Positions 49,458-58,008 of a stretch of DNA of 64,000 nucleotides are shown here, piece after piece. The notes below the pieces were generated by a model. That model was not told where the DNA came from. It saw only the letters and a program-made list of their open reading frames with translations, and searched no databases. Within the stretch, counting starts at the first letter, position 1; each line of letters starts with the position of its first letter. Source of the stretch: an uncultured Candidatus Entotheonella sp. (GTDB lineage: Bacteria > Tectomicrobia > Entotheonellia > Entotheonellales > Entotheonellaceae); contig OZ244252.1 of assembly GCA_965217185.1 (NCBI GenBank), positions 256,001-320,000 on the forward strand. Reading direction: 5' to 3'. The position numbers and the translations under genes are program-made.

Positions 49458-49822
49458 GGTCCAACTTCCTTCTGATCGCGTTCGATTTCCATTTTGCGCA
49501 CTCGGGCGAGCTCGAGGTCCCGCTTTGGTGTCTTCTGGGTCTTCTTGATGAAGCCGTGCAGTAAGATCATCTGACCCTCAACGATGCAGAAGAGTACCCG
49601 GGCGGTGCGCTGTGATGGTAATTCGCTACGAACTTCCCACAGACCTTGGCCGAGAGCGCGACAGACGGGCAATCCAAGCGGCCAACCGAACTCAACTTTT
49701 TGAATATCCTTGCCGATGACTTGGCGCTCGCTCTGGGCCAAGCGCTTCAGCCATTCGCGAACAGGTTCATGGCCGTTGATGTTGCGATAAAACCGTGTAG
49801 GCAGTTTCTTGACGAAGGACAT
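49454..49822 (-). CDS. RelE/Gp49-like toxin
   Basis: EPVREWL, GLWEVR, LLHGFIKKTQKTP. Confidence 0.9.
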   Translation of the reverse strand: MSFVKKLPTRFYRNINGHEPVREWLKRLAQSERQVIGKDIQKVEFGWPLGLPVCRALGQGLWEVRSELPSQRTARVLFCIVEGQMILLHGFIKKTQKTPKRDLELARVRKMEIERDQKEVGP

Positions 49823-49930
49823 GAAGCAAATGTATCTAAAATGACACGGTCAATCAATTGTGAAGTGTGACGATTGTTTCTGCTGGCAGGGCGCGACCCG
49901 TCCGGTGGGAACACCTGGGTAGAGAGAAGT

Positions 49931-50818
49931 TCACCGGCTCAGCGCTGCCGCCATGGCCAGTACGCGCTGGGCGGATTCGACGATGGGGTAGTCGATGAAC
50001 TGGCCGTCGAGCTGGATGGAGGCCAGGCCGTCGGCTTCGGCTTGGCTGAAGGCGTCGACGACGCGGGTGGCGAAGTCGATTTCGGCGGCTGAAGGGGAGA
50101 AGACAGTATTGATCGGCTCGACTTGGCTGGGGTGGATGGCCATTTTGCCCTGGAAACCAAGTTGCTTGGCGGTGCGGGCACTGTGGGTGAGGCCGCGTTG
50201 GTCGCGCAGGTCGACCCAGACAGTGTCGAGGGGCGGTTCGAGGCCGGCGGCGCGGGAGGCGATGACCAAGGCCGAGCGAGCGTACTGGCTTTCGATTTCG
50301 CGCCGCGACCAGGCGACACCGATGTCGCGGGTGAAATCGCCGGCGCCGAAGGCGAGGCGTTTGACACGCGTGCCGGAGGCGGCGATGTCGTAAGCCCGCT
50401 GCACGGCGAGGGCGGTCTCGATAATGGGAATAACGTCAACGCTGCCGGGCGCGAGGCCGTGCTGCGTTTCCAGCTCTTGCAGCAGGGTGTCGGCGCGGCG
50501 CAGGTCGTCGGGCGATTCCACCTTGGGCAGAATGATGCCCGCCAGACCGGGGCGCACCACCGCGGCCAAATCCGCCTCACCGATGGGCTGTGAGAATCCT
50601 GTCGTCGCCACCAACGGGTTGACGCGCACGTACACGGGGCAGGTGTCGATAGCGTCGACCGCTTCGCGCACCGCTTGCCGGGTGGCTTCCTTTTCGCTGA
50701 TCGGCACCGCGTCTTCGAGGTCCAGAATCACGGCGTCGGCGCCGCAGTGTCCCACCTTTTGCAGCATGCGCGGGCGGTTGCCGGGGGCAAACAACAGGGT
50801 TCGCAGCGGGCTTGGCAT
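49931..50818 (-). CDS. CitE/HpcH-family CoA ester lyase
   Basis: LFAPG, DLEDAV, LPKVES, IIET, GK.AIHP. Confidence 0.9.
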   Translation of the reverse strand: MPSPLRTLLFAPGNRPRMLQKVGHCGADAVILDLEDAVPISEKEATRQAVREAVDAIDTCPVYVRVNPLVATTGFSQPIGEADLAAVVRPGLAGIILPKVESPDDLRRADTLLQELETQHGLAPGSVDVIPIIETALAVQRAYDIAASGTRVKRLAFGAGDFTRDIGVAWSRREIESQYARSALVIASRAAGLEPPLDTVWVDLRDQRGLTHSARTAKQLGFQGKMAIHPSQVEPINTVFSPSAAEIDFATRVVDAFSQAEADGLASIQLDGQFIDYPIVESAQRVLAMAAALSR

Positions 50819-50840
50819 CTCTGGGTTCTCCAACTACGGC

Positions 50841-50879
50841 TCCCTCTCCCCTTGGCGGGAGAGGGTCGGGGTGAGGGGG
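50841..50879. repeat. Second REP-like palindromic element
   Basis: CCCTCTCCC-CTTGGC-GGGAGAGGG hairpin plus TCGGGGTGAGGGG tail; single copy in window. Confidence 0.6.
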
Positions 50880-50977
50880 AAGAAAGCTTGTCCGGGGGCA
50901 GGCATTCTGCCACAATCGCCGCATCGCCTCGAGGTTTCGACACGCCAACGACATCAGGGAAATGAAGGAGAAAGTTC

Positions 50978-51715
50978 ATGCGCGAAAACCGCGTCAAGCG
51001 CCAATTGCAAGCGGGCCAGACGGCGATTGCCGTCTCTGGCCATCACAATGCGGACATGATCGATTTTCTCGGACAATTCGGCTTCGACGGCGTATGGCTT
51101 GAGGGCGAGCACGGCCCCGTGGATTGGGACGCCATCGGTGACATGTCGCGCGCCTGCGACCTGTGGGGCATGGCGTCGGTGACGCGCGTGAACAACAACG
51201 ATCCCGGTACCATCATGCGCGCCCTCGACCGCGGCACCATGGGCATCGTGGTGCCGCACGTCAACACCCGCGAGGCCGCCGAGCAGGCCATGAAGTCGGC
51301 CAAATACGCTCCCGTCGGCTATCGCGGCATGTTCGGCGGCCGGCAGTCCTTCGGGGTGCCGGATTATTTCCAGCACGCCAACGATCAAACCCTCATCGTC
51401 GTGCTGATCGAGGAAATCGATGCCGTCAACAACCTCGCCGAAATTCTCGCCGTGGACGACATCGACGTGTTCTTCGTCGCCCCCGCCGACCTCGCCCAGA
51501 CCATGGGCCACATCGGCAACCATACCCACCCGGACGTGCAAGCCACCATCGACAAAGCCCTGGCCCAGATCGTCGCTGCTGGCAAAACGGCGGGCACGCT
51601 GGCGACGGACGACAACGTAGAACGTTATCGCGACGCCGGGGTGCGCTTCTTCCTGACCGGCTGGACCAATTGGGTATCGCAGGGTGCCAAGGCTTTCCTG
51701 CAGAAAGTTCGGTAA
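50978..51715 (+). CDS. HpcH/HpaI aldolase family
   Basis: WLEGEHG, LDRG..GIVVPHV, YAPVG.RG, IE. Confidence 0.88.
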   Translation: MRENRVKRQLQAGQTAIAVSGHHNADMIDFLGQFGFDGVWLEGEHGPVDWDAIGDMSRACDLWGMASVTRVNNNDPGTIMRALDRGTMGIVVPHVNTREAAEQAMKSAKYAPVGYRGMFGGRQSFGVPDYFQHANDQTLIVVLIEEIDAVNNLAEILAVDDIDVFFVAPADLAQTMGHIGNHTHPDVQATIDKALAQIVAAGKTAGTLATDDNVERYRDAGVRFFLTGWTNWVSQGAKAFLQKVR

Positions 51716-51724
51716 CCAACGGCA

Positions 51725-51763
51725 TGTCGGATTGTCGGATTACGCTGCGCTAATCCGACCTGC
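51725..51763 (-). repeat. REP element (11467 family) between convergent genes, with 8-bp tandem duplication
   Basis: TGTCGGAT TGTCGGATTACGCTGCGCTAATCCGACCTGC. Confidence 0.8.
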
Positions 51764-52912
51764 TTAGCCCTTCTTCAACGCCGGAATTACGTCTCGTCCC
51801 AGCAACTCCAGCGATCGCATGGTTGCCTTGTGCGGCATGGCGCCGGCCTGCGCCTCCAGCAGCAGAGAGCCGAAACCGAGCCGTTCCCGCATGTGGCTGA
51901 GCTTTTCCAGCACGGTCTGCGGGCTGCCCACCACCAAGTGATAAGCGTCCTGCAATTCCTCGTAAGTAAGCATGTGCAACGGCTTGCGGTCACCGCTCGG
52001 CGCGCCGCCGCGGTGCGGGCGCAGGGGCCGCCGGCGTCCGAGGTATCCCGGCGGTGCCCAGTACTCCACGGGGCCGCGCAGCGGATGCCCCATGCGCCAC
52101 AGGTAGTGCTTGCCGATCTCCTGCGCCTCCTCGTCCGTGTCCGCGCAAACGCAACACACCATGTAGGCGAAATTGTCCGAGGTGGCCTCGTAGCCGACCT
52201 CGGCAGCGTGCTCGCGGTAGGCGTCGTACAGGCGCACCGTGGCGTCCATCGGCACCAGAAACGCGGCGTAGGTGTAGCCGTGCTTCGCCGCCCACACGAT
52301 AGTCTCCGGGCTGCCCGTGCCCGGCACCCAGATCGGCGGGTGCGGCTTTTGCACCGGCAGCACCCAGGGATTGATGACCCGGAAGTGGTAGTGGGTGCCT
52401 TCCCAGCGAAACGGCCCGGGCCGCGTCCAGGCGGCCAGCATGAGGTCGTGGCATTCCTCGAAGCGCTCGCGGTTGTGGTTCGGGATGTTGTTGTTGGCCC
52501 ACGACTCGATGCCGATGCCGCGCACCACCCCGGCGATGATGCGGCCGCCGGAAATCACGTCCGCCATGGCCACCTCTTCGGCGAGGCGCACCGGGTTGTC
52601 GGTCGTCGGCAGCATGTTGCCCAGCAGCAGAATTTTCGCCCGCTTGGTGACCCGCCCCAGCACTGCGGCGGACAGATTGACCGCCACGTCCATGCACGAC
52701 GGCGTGTTGTGGTGCTCGTTGATCATCAGGCCGTCGAACCCCACCTCTTCGGCCCATTGATACTGGTCAAAATAGTCCCTGAACAAGCCGTGCGCCGTGT
52801 CGGCGTCGAAGTACGAGTTGGGGAAGGTGAGGCGCATGGAGGGATAGCGCTCCGCTTCCGTTTCGTCGAAGGCGGCGTAGGGCATTTCGGTGAAGTAGTA
52901 GACATCGACCAT
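51764..52912 (-). CDS. Luciferase-like (LLM) flavin-dependent monooxygenase
   Basis: NEHH, P.RLAEE.A..D.ISGGR, PVQKPHPPIW. Confidence 0.92.
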   Translation of the reverse strand: MVDVYYFTEMPYAAFDETEAERYPSMRLTFPNSYFDADTAHGLFRDYFDQYQWAEEVGFDGLMINEHHNTPSCMDVAVNLSAAVLGRVTKRAKILLLGNMLPTTDNPVRLAEEVAMADVISGGRIIAGVVRGIGIESWANNNIPNHNRERFEECHDLMLAAWTRPGPFRWEGTHYHFRVINPWVLPVQKPHPPIWVPGTGSPETIVWAAKHGYTYAAFLVPMDATVRLYDAYREHAAEVGYEATSDNFAYMVCCVCADTDEEAQEIGKHYLWRMGHPLRGPVEYWAPPGYLGRRRPLRPHRGGAPSGDRKPLHMLTYEELQDAYHLVVGSPQTVLEKLSHMRERLGFGSLLLEAQAGAMPHKATMRSLELLGRDVIPALKKG

Positions 52913-52930
52913 CGTCGTCTCCTTATCCCA

Positions 52931-53722
52931 TCAATCCGCGGTGAGGAAGGGCAGAACGGCAGCGAGGAATGCGTCGGGCCTTTCGACTTGCGGCGAGTGG
53001 CCGCAGTGGTCGATCACGGTCAGCCCGGCACCGGGAATGGCTTGCTGGTACAGGTCGCCGCACTCGACCGGCACGATGGCGTCCTGCTTGCCCCAGACGA
53101 TCAGCGTTGGCAGTTTCACCTGGGCCATCAGGTGGGGCATCTTGGGGTTGTGCATGTAGGGCTTCCAGGTCAGCAGGGCGGCCATTTCGCGGTCCCAAGC
53201 GGCGGTCTGACGAGCCTCGTCGGTCGGCTCCTGGCCGAACAGGGCGTCGTAGTCCGGCACTTGCGTGGTGTCGTAGAACCGCAGCGCGTTCATTTCCTCG
53301 GTGCTCAGCAGAAAGATGTCGGTAATTTCAGAGTCTTGGGGCTTCATGCCGGCGGCGCCGACCAGCACCATGCGGCTGAGGAGCGCCGGGTACATGGCGG
53401 CCATTTCCGCCGCCAGCCAGCCGCCCATGGAAAAGCCGACCACCGGCAGCGGACCGAGCCCCTGGTCCTCCATGAACCAGCGGTAGAAATAGGCCAGATC
53501 GTGCACCCGTTCCATCCAGTCGGGCCGGTCCGAGGCGCCGAAACCGGGGTGCGACGGGGCGATCACCCGAAAATGTGCTGCCAGTGCCTCGCAGTACGGC
53601 ATCCAGCCCGGATTGCCGCCGGCTCCGTGCAGCACCAGAAGCGGCTCGCCGCTGCCGCCGCTGAAGACCTGGGTGTCAAGGCCCGCAACGCGTATCGTTT
53701 CTTCCTGCCAATTGCTCGCCAC
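52931..53722 (-). CDS. Alpha/beta hydrolase
   Basis: LHGAG, HPGFG, GFSMG nucleophile elbow, WGKQD, GHSP. Confidence 0.92.
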   Translation of the reverse strand: MASNWQEETIRVAGLDTQVFSGGSGEPLLVLHGAGGNPGWMPYCEALAAHFRVIAPSHPGFGASDRPDWMERVHDLAYFYRWFMEDQGLGPLPVVGFSMGGWLAAEMAAMYPALLSRMVLVGAAGMKPQDSEITDIFLLSTEEMNALRFYDTTQVPDYDALFGQEPTDEARQTAAWDREMAALLTWKPYMHNPKMPHLMAQVKLPTLIVWGKQDAIVPVECGDLYQQAIPGAGLTVIDHCGHSPQVERPDAFLAAVLPFLTAD

Positions 53723-53748
53723 GCTGGTTCTCCTTCAAGCACGCGCCG

Positions 53749-54210
53749 CTACGCCAATTCGCCGACGACGCGCAGCATCTCCTGCGGGTCCGGCAGGATG
53801 CCCGGCGAATAGGTCTGCCGGTAGCGGATGACGCCGTTTTTGTCGATGATAATCACCCCGCGCCGCGAGGTGCCCCGCTCCTCGTTCCACAGATCGTACG
53901 CCTGCGCCACCTGCCCCTTCGGGTGCCAATCCGACATCTCCGGGTACGGCAAGCCGCCCATGGTGGCGGCCCAGGCCCGATGCGCAGCAACGTGATCACA
54001 GCTAATCCCCAGCACCTGGGTATCCAGCTCCTCCAGCCGGTCGTGAATACGCCGGAAGGAGACCGCCTGCTCGGTTCAGCCGCCGGTGAAATCGAAAACG
54101 TGGAAGGAGAGAATCACGTGCTTTTGCCCGCGGTACTGGCTCAGGGTGATGTCGCCGCCGGTCGATGGAAGGGTAAACTCAGGCGCCGTCTGACCCACTT
54201 CACCTGCCAT
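53749..54210 (-). CDS. AhpE-like peroxiredoxin with in-frame TGA (selenocysteine) at codon 45
   Basis: Continuous frame MAGEVGQTAPEFTLPS..FDFTGG(TGA)TEQ..VLGISCD..SDW..RRGVIIIDKNG; RBS AAAGGA. Confidence 0.88.
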
Positions 54211-54418
54211 GGTGTGTCCTTTCCGTTAAGGATTTGCGTGAGGGTGTGCGGCTCCAGGTTCGGGAGCGGCGACAGTATAGCGTAATTCAGGTTGGCCGCC
54301 TAAAGCGCCGTGGCCGTTAAGCAAAGCGTTGTTTTTGCTTGACTCACCTGGAGCAGAGGCATAGTGTGGCGGCCTCATATCGGTCCATCGTTCTTGGAAT
54401 TGCGTAGGGAGGGTTAAG

Positions 54419-55669
54419 ATGGCAAAGCCAGTCAGTCACGTGGTAACACGACCGGGAAGGCGACAGGGTGATCCGGACGTCACCATTCCTGTTGCCGAAG
54501 AACTCGCCACTGTACCTGGAATTCCTCTCAAGGAAGAAGACCTCAGCTTTTACAGCCGGGTGTATCCTCAGGAAACGCAGAACATCGAGAAAGCCGCCGA
54601 CCGCGAGTGGGTATGGACGGTCTACAGCGACGAGATGGCCGCCTACCGGCGCTATCACGATGAAGTCAGCGAGCCGCTCATCGACGCTGCCGCGGTTTCC
54701 GGCGATCTCGAGCCGACCGGCACGCCGGACCCGGAGCTGAACGTCACCGAGGCCATTCGCAGCAAAGCCCGCGAACTGGGATTCAACGAAGCTGGCTTCA
54801 CCAAGCACGACAAGCGCTTCACCTACACCCGCAAGAAACGCTGGACCAAATACCCGCACGCGATTTGCCTGGCCCTGGAACAGGATTACGTGCAGACGCA
54901 ATCGATCCCCAGCATGGACGCGGAGTACGCCCACTTCGGCACCTACGAGATGGAAGGCGCGTTCCTGCTGGACCTGGCCGACTACATCCGCTCGCTGGGC
55001 TACCACGCGCAGGTGCACAGCCCCAATGACAACAGCGCTCCGTATATTCCCATGTTCGTCAGCGCGGGGCTGGGCCAACTCGGCGCCAACGGCCAGTTGC
55101 TGTCGCCGCACTTCGGGTCGCGCGCCCGTTTGGCGATGATCACCACCGACGCGCCGGTGACGCACGACGAGCCCGTCGATTACGGCATTCACGAGTTCTG
55201 CCAGCGCTGCCAAGTATGCGCCAATCGCTGCCCCGGCCGCGCCATCGTGCGCGACAAGGTGTGGTGGCGCGGTGTCGAGAAGAACAAGCTGATCTACGAG
55301 CGTTGCCGCCCGGTGATGGCCCGCTACGAAGGCTGTGCCGTGTGCATGAAGACCTGCCCGATTCAGCGCTTCGGCATGCCCGCCGTCATGGAACACTTCG
55401 TCGAGACCGGCGAGGTGCTCGGCAAGGGCACGCACCTGTTGGAAGGCTACACCTTCAAGGAAAAGGGCTACCACGGCCCCGGCGAGTTGCCGCAGTTCGA
55501 CCGGCAGTTCTTCGAAATCCCGCACGGGCGCAAGGAAGACTGGCTGTTCGAGCAGTTCAAGGAGCGTCTGATGAAGGAAGGGGTCCCCGAGGAGGGCGGC
55601 CTGCAGGAATTCGCGCAGCAGGTCAAGGTCATTCTGGATCAGGGGAATTCGACCATCGGCGATGAGTAG
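54419..55669 (+). CDS. Reductive dehalogenase/QueG-like 2x[4Fe-4S] protein
   Basis: AGLGQLGANG..SPHFGSR, CQRCQVCANRCP, CAVCMKTCP; RBS GGAGG. Confidence 0.75.
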   Translation: MAKPVSHVVTRPGRRQGDPDVTIPVAEELATVPGIPLKEEDLSFYSRVYPQETQNIEKAADREWVWTVYSDEMAAYRRYHDEVSEPLIDAAAVSGDLEPTGTPDPELNVTEAIRSKARELGFNEAGFTKHDKRFTYTRKKRWTKYPHAICLALEQDYVQTQSIPSMDAEYAHFGTYEMEGAFLLDLADYIRSLGYHAQVHSPNDNSAPYIPMFVSAGLGQLGANGQLLSPHFGSRARLAMITTDAPVTHDEPVDYGIHEFCQRCQVCANRCPGRAIVRDKVWWRGVEKNKLIYERCRPVMARYEGCAVCMKTCPIQRFGMPAVMEHFVETGEVLGKGTHLLEGYTFKEKGYHGPGELPQFDRQFFEIPHGRKEDWLFEQFKERLMKEGVPEEGGLQEFAQQVKVILDQGNSTIGDE

Positions 55670-55703
55670 GTTTCAACTGACGATTTGACGAATGAAGTAA
55701 CGC

Positions 55704-55740
55704 ACGGGGCCAGCGCGGTTAGCTGGCCCCGTTGTGTTTC
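55704..55740 (+). terminator. Terminator-like hairpin
   Basis: ACGGGGCCAGC-N7-GCTGGCCCCGT followed by TGTGTTTC. Confidence 0.6.
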
Positions 55741-55763
55741 CGGTATCAGAAGGAGGGAAGGGG

Positions 55764-55949
55764 ATGTTTGAGAAGGACCATCTGGACGCCTTGTTTGCCG
55801 AACTGGACAGCGAATGGCGCGGCTCCGTCGATTTCGACCAACTAACCCGCGACGCTCACCTCGGCATCGCCCTCAGCGACGCCGGCCGGCCCTTGGAGGA
55901 CCGTATCGACCCGCGTGTGGTCGTGCTGATCGACAAGCATAAGCCGTAA
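55764..55949 (+). CDS. Small hypothetical protein
   Basis: RBS GGAGG, host-like codon usage. Confidence 0.55.
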   Translation: MFEKDHLDALFAELDSEWRGSVDFDQLTRDAHLGIALSDAGRPLEDRIDPRVVVLIDKHKP

Positions 55950-56096
55950 TGCCCAGCCGCTTCCGTGCGACCGCCCGGCCGCACGGAAAATCCCACTACG
56001 CAAGGCCATTTCGAGGTTTCTTTCCGTTCTATACTCCTGACTTCTGGACGGCGCGGGTAGAGAAGGCTACGACTCGGACGTGCAAACGGAGGGAAC

Positions 56097-56323
56097 GTGA
56101 CTGACCTTCAACCTGTCACCTTGGCTCAACTGCTGCAAAAGTGGTCGTGACGGCCGGTGTCGGCTTGGCGCAATGTGCCCTGATATGGACGGGCTTGCGA
56201 CAAATGCGGCTGGCATCGGCGGCAAGAGATCGGCAACTGGATGCTCAGGACCGGAAGACAGATGCTCAACTGGAAGCGCTCTCGGTTCTCATTGAGCGCA
56301 CCGGCAGTAAAGGTACGGCCTGA
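56097..56323 (+). pseudogene. Small membrane/coiled-coil protein with -1 frameshift near 56140
   Basis: RBS GGAGGG + GTG 56097 closes at TGA; the -1 frame continues VVVTAGVGLAQCALIWTGLRQM. Confidence 0.4.
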
Positions 56324-56474
56324 GTGGGGTGCCCGCCGATTTCTTAGCCGGATTCGGGATGGCGCAGGGATTGCTGGAGTCGGTGCAGTCCGCCATTCCC
56401 TGTCGCGGCGCCATTGTAATTCTGGTAGTCAACATCCCAAGTGCTCTAGGGGAATCTGCTCGCGGTCTGTGGCT

Positions 56475-56927
56475 TTATGCCTGAAGTTCCGCCAGACATG
56501 CCTGCCAGCGGCGCGACAACTCTTCGAGGCACTGCTGCGCTGAATCCACCCGCCCGTCGCCGTGCTGGAAGATTGATGTGTTGTGATCGGTCAGGCTCCG
56601 CGCCGCGGTGCGCAGGCGCGCCTGTGCCTGCTCCATCTGATCAGCCAACTGCGCCACGGTGCGTCCGGTAAAGCGGCCAACCGCGCGGGCGTCCATCTCG
56701 TCGTCTGGGGCATGGATGCGGACCGGCGTGCCGCCCGCGGCTACCGATTCCATGCCGTCGGCGGCCGTTGCGCTCCACCACACAATCTGGCACAGCGTCT
56801 CTCGCGGCCCGTACGCTCCCATTTTGATCGTGCCCTCGGCTTCCAACTGACGAAGTTGTGTCAGTCCCGTCTCAACCTGTTTATCCAACGCTGTAATCAG
56901 GTCGTCAATCGATAGCGTCTCTGTCAT
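56475..56927 (-). CDS. Hypothetical protein, possibly DinB-like helical bundle
   Basis: Long helical ORF; YGPRETLCQIVWW segment. Confidence 0.55.
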   Translation of the reverse strand: MTETLSIDDLITALDKQVETGLTQLRQLEAEGTIKMGAYGPRETLCQIVWWSATAADGMESVAAGGTPVRIHAPDDEMDARAVGRFTGRTVAQLADQMEQAQARLRTAARSLTDHNTSIFQHGDGRVDSAQQCLEELSRRWQACLAELQA

Positions 56928-57055
56928 GTGAAGCATCCCCTCCTAAGGTCCCGTCATTGATCGTTTGCCAGCATGCGGAAAGCCTGATAGTGCGTTGTTA
57001 TAGACGCGGCATGGGCGGGTGTCAACAAAGCCGGACGTGTGAAAAGGTCGCAATA

Positions 57056-57072
57056 TGTGTAGACATTCACAA
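57056..57072. promoter_or_regulatory. CRP/FNR- or Rex-like palindrome
   Basis: TGTGT-AGACAT-TCACA(A) in a divergent intergenic region. Confidence 0.35.
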
Positions 57073-57182
57073 ACGGATGGGCTATAGAAAACGCGAGTTT
57101 CTGACATGAATTCAGGCGCTGATCCGCCCGCCGGAATGGGGGTCGACAGGCCGCCACGCCGGACACTAGAGGAGGCAAAACT

Positions 57183-57539
57183 GTGGAAGAGCGAACGATA
57201 CTGACGGCACTGGGGAATATCGTGGATTCTCTTGGGACGTTGTCGCTCGTTGCGACAGCGCCGGACGATCCCTTGGCGCTGCCGGAGCCTCCAGGCCCGG
57301 GGCAGATCGCGGCGTATGAGACGCACGTCAGCGCGGTCAAAGACCAAGTGGATGCGAGCTACCACGATCTGCTGGCCATGTCGGTGCGGGATTACCAGGC
57401 GGGCTACGCCGACCGCGCGGGGTTGTACCTGCTGGAGTTCCTGGGCAAGCTCAAGGAAGAGCCCGACTATGACCGGAAATTTTCCGTCGAGGGTCAGCGC
57501 ACCCTGGCCACGTATGTCGCCGACCTGCGGGAGCTTTAG
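57183..57539 (+). CDS. Hypothetical protein
   Basis: RBS GAGGAGG + GTG; host-like codon usage. Confidence 0.6.
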   Translation: MEERTILTALGNIVDSLGTLSLVATAPDDPLALPEPPGPGQIAAYETHVSAVKDQVDASYHDLLAMSVRDYQAGYADRAGLYLLEFLGKLKEEPDYDRKFSVEGQRTLATYVADLREL

Positions 57540-57605
57540 GGGCGTCCGCCAACACCGGACAAGACAGCGTCTGACAGATCTGCCATTAACCATCACGTTG
57601 CGGCC

Positions 57606-57662
57606 ATGATCAAGAGCATCAGGCACATGGCGATCCGTAACTACTGGATACGAGGCCAATGA
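57606..57662 (+). pseudogene. HigB toxin remnant (18 aa, MIKSIRHMAIRNYWIRGQ)
   Basis: HigB-like N-terminus whose stop overlaps the higA ATG. Confidence 0.65.
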
Positions 57663-57961
57663 TCGACAGACATCCCTCCGTGGCTCCGGTGCATCCCGGA
57701 GAACTCCTGCGCGAGGACGTTCTCCCGGCGCTTTCCACAGCGGCAGCGGTGGCCGAGGCCCTGAAGATATCCCGACAGGCGCTTTACGACATTCTGAATG
57801 AGAAGCAGCCCGTCACCGCTGAGATAGCCGTTCGCTTCGGCAAGCTGTTCGGCAACGGCCCCGGCTTCTGGGTCAATCTGCAACGTGCATACGATTTGGC
57901 GATTGCGCAGCAGTCCGTGGACGTGTCCGAGATACCGACTCTTGAAGTGTGTCCGGGGTAG
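57659..57961 (+). CDS. higA: HigA-family antitoxin
   Basis: VHPGELLRE, VTAE.A.R, FW.NLQ..YDL. Confidence 0.92.
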   Translation: MIDRHPSVAPVHPGELLREDVLPALSTAAAVAEALKISRQALYDILNEKQPVTAEIAVRFGKLFGNGPGFWVNLQRAYDLAIAQQSVDVSEIPTLEVCPG

Positions 57962-58008
57962 ATGTCCCTGAACGCATACGGATGTCTTATGGCCTGGGAG
58001 ATGAGATC

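Noticed and set aside
49896..49908. 13-bp match GACCCGTCCGGTG to 11519-11531 as an island boundary
   Set aside because: Short, GC-rich and unrelated to the tRNA end; likely coincidence
56358..56414. Imperfect long hairpin as an ncRNA
   Set aside because: Many mismatches and no recognisable family; it lies between convergent genes
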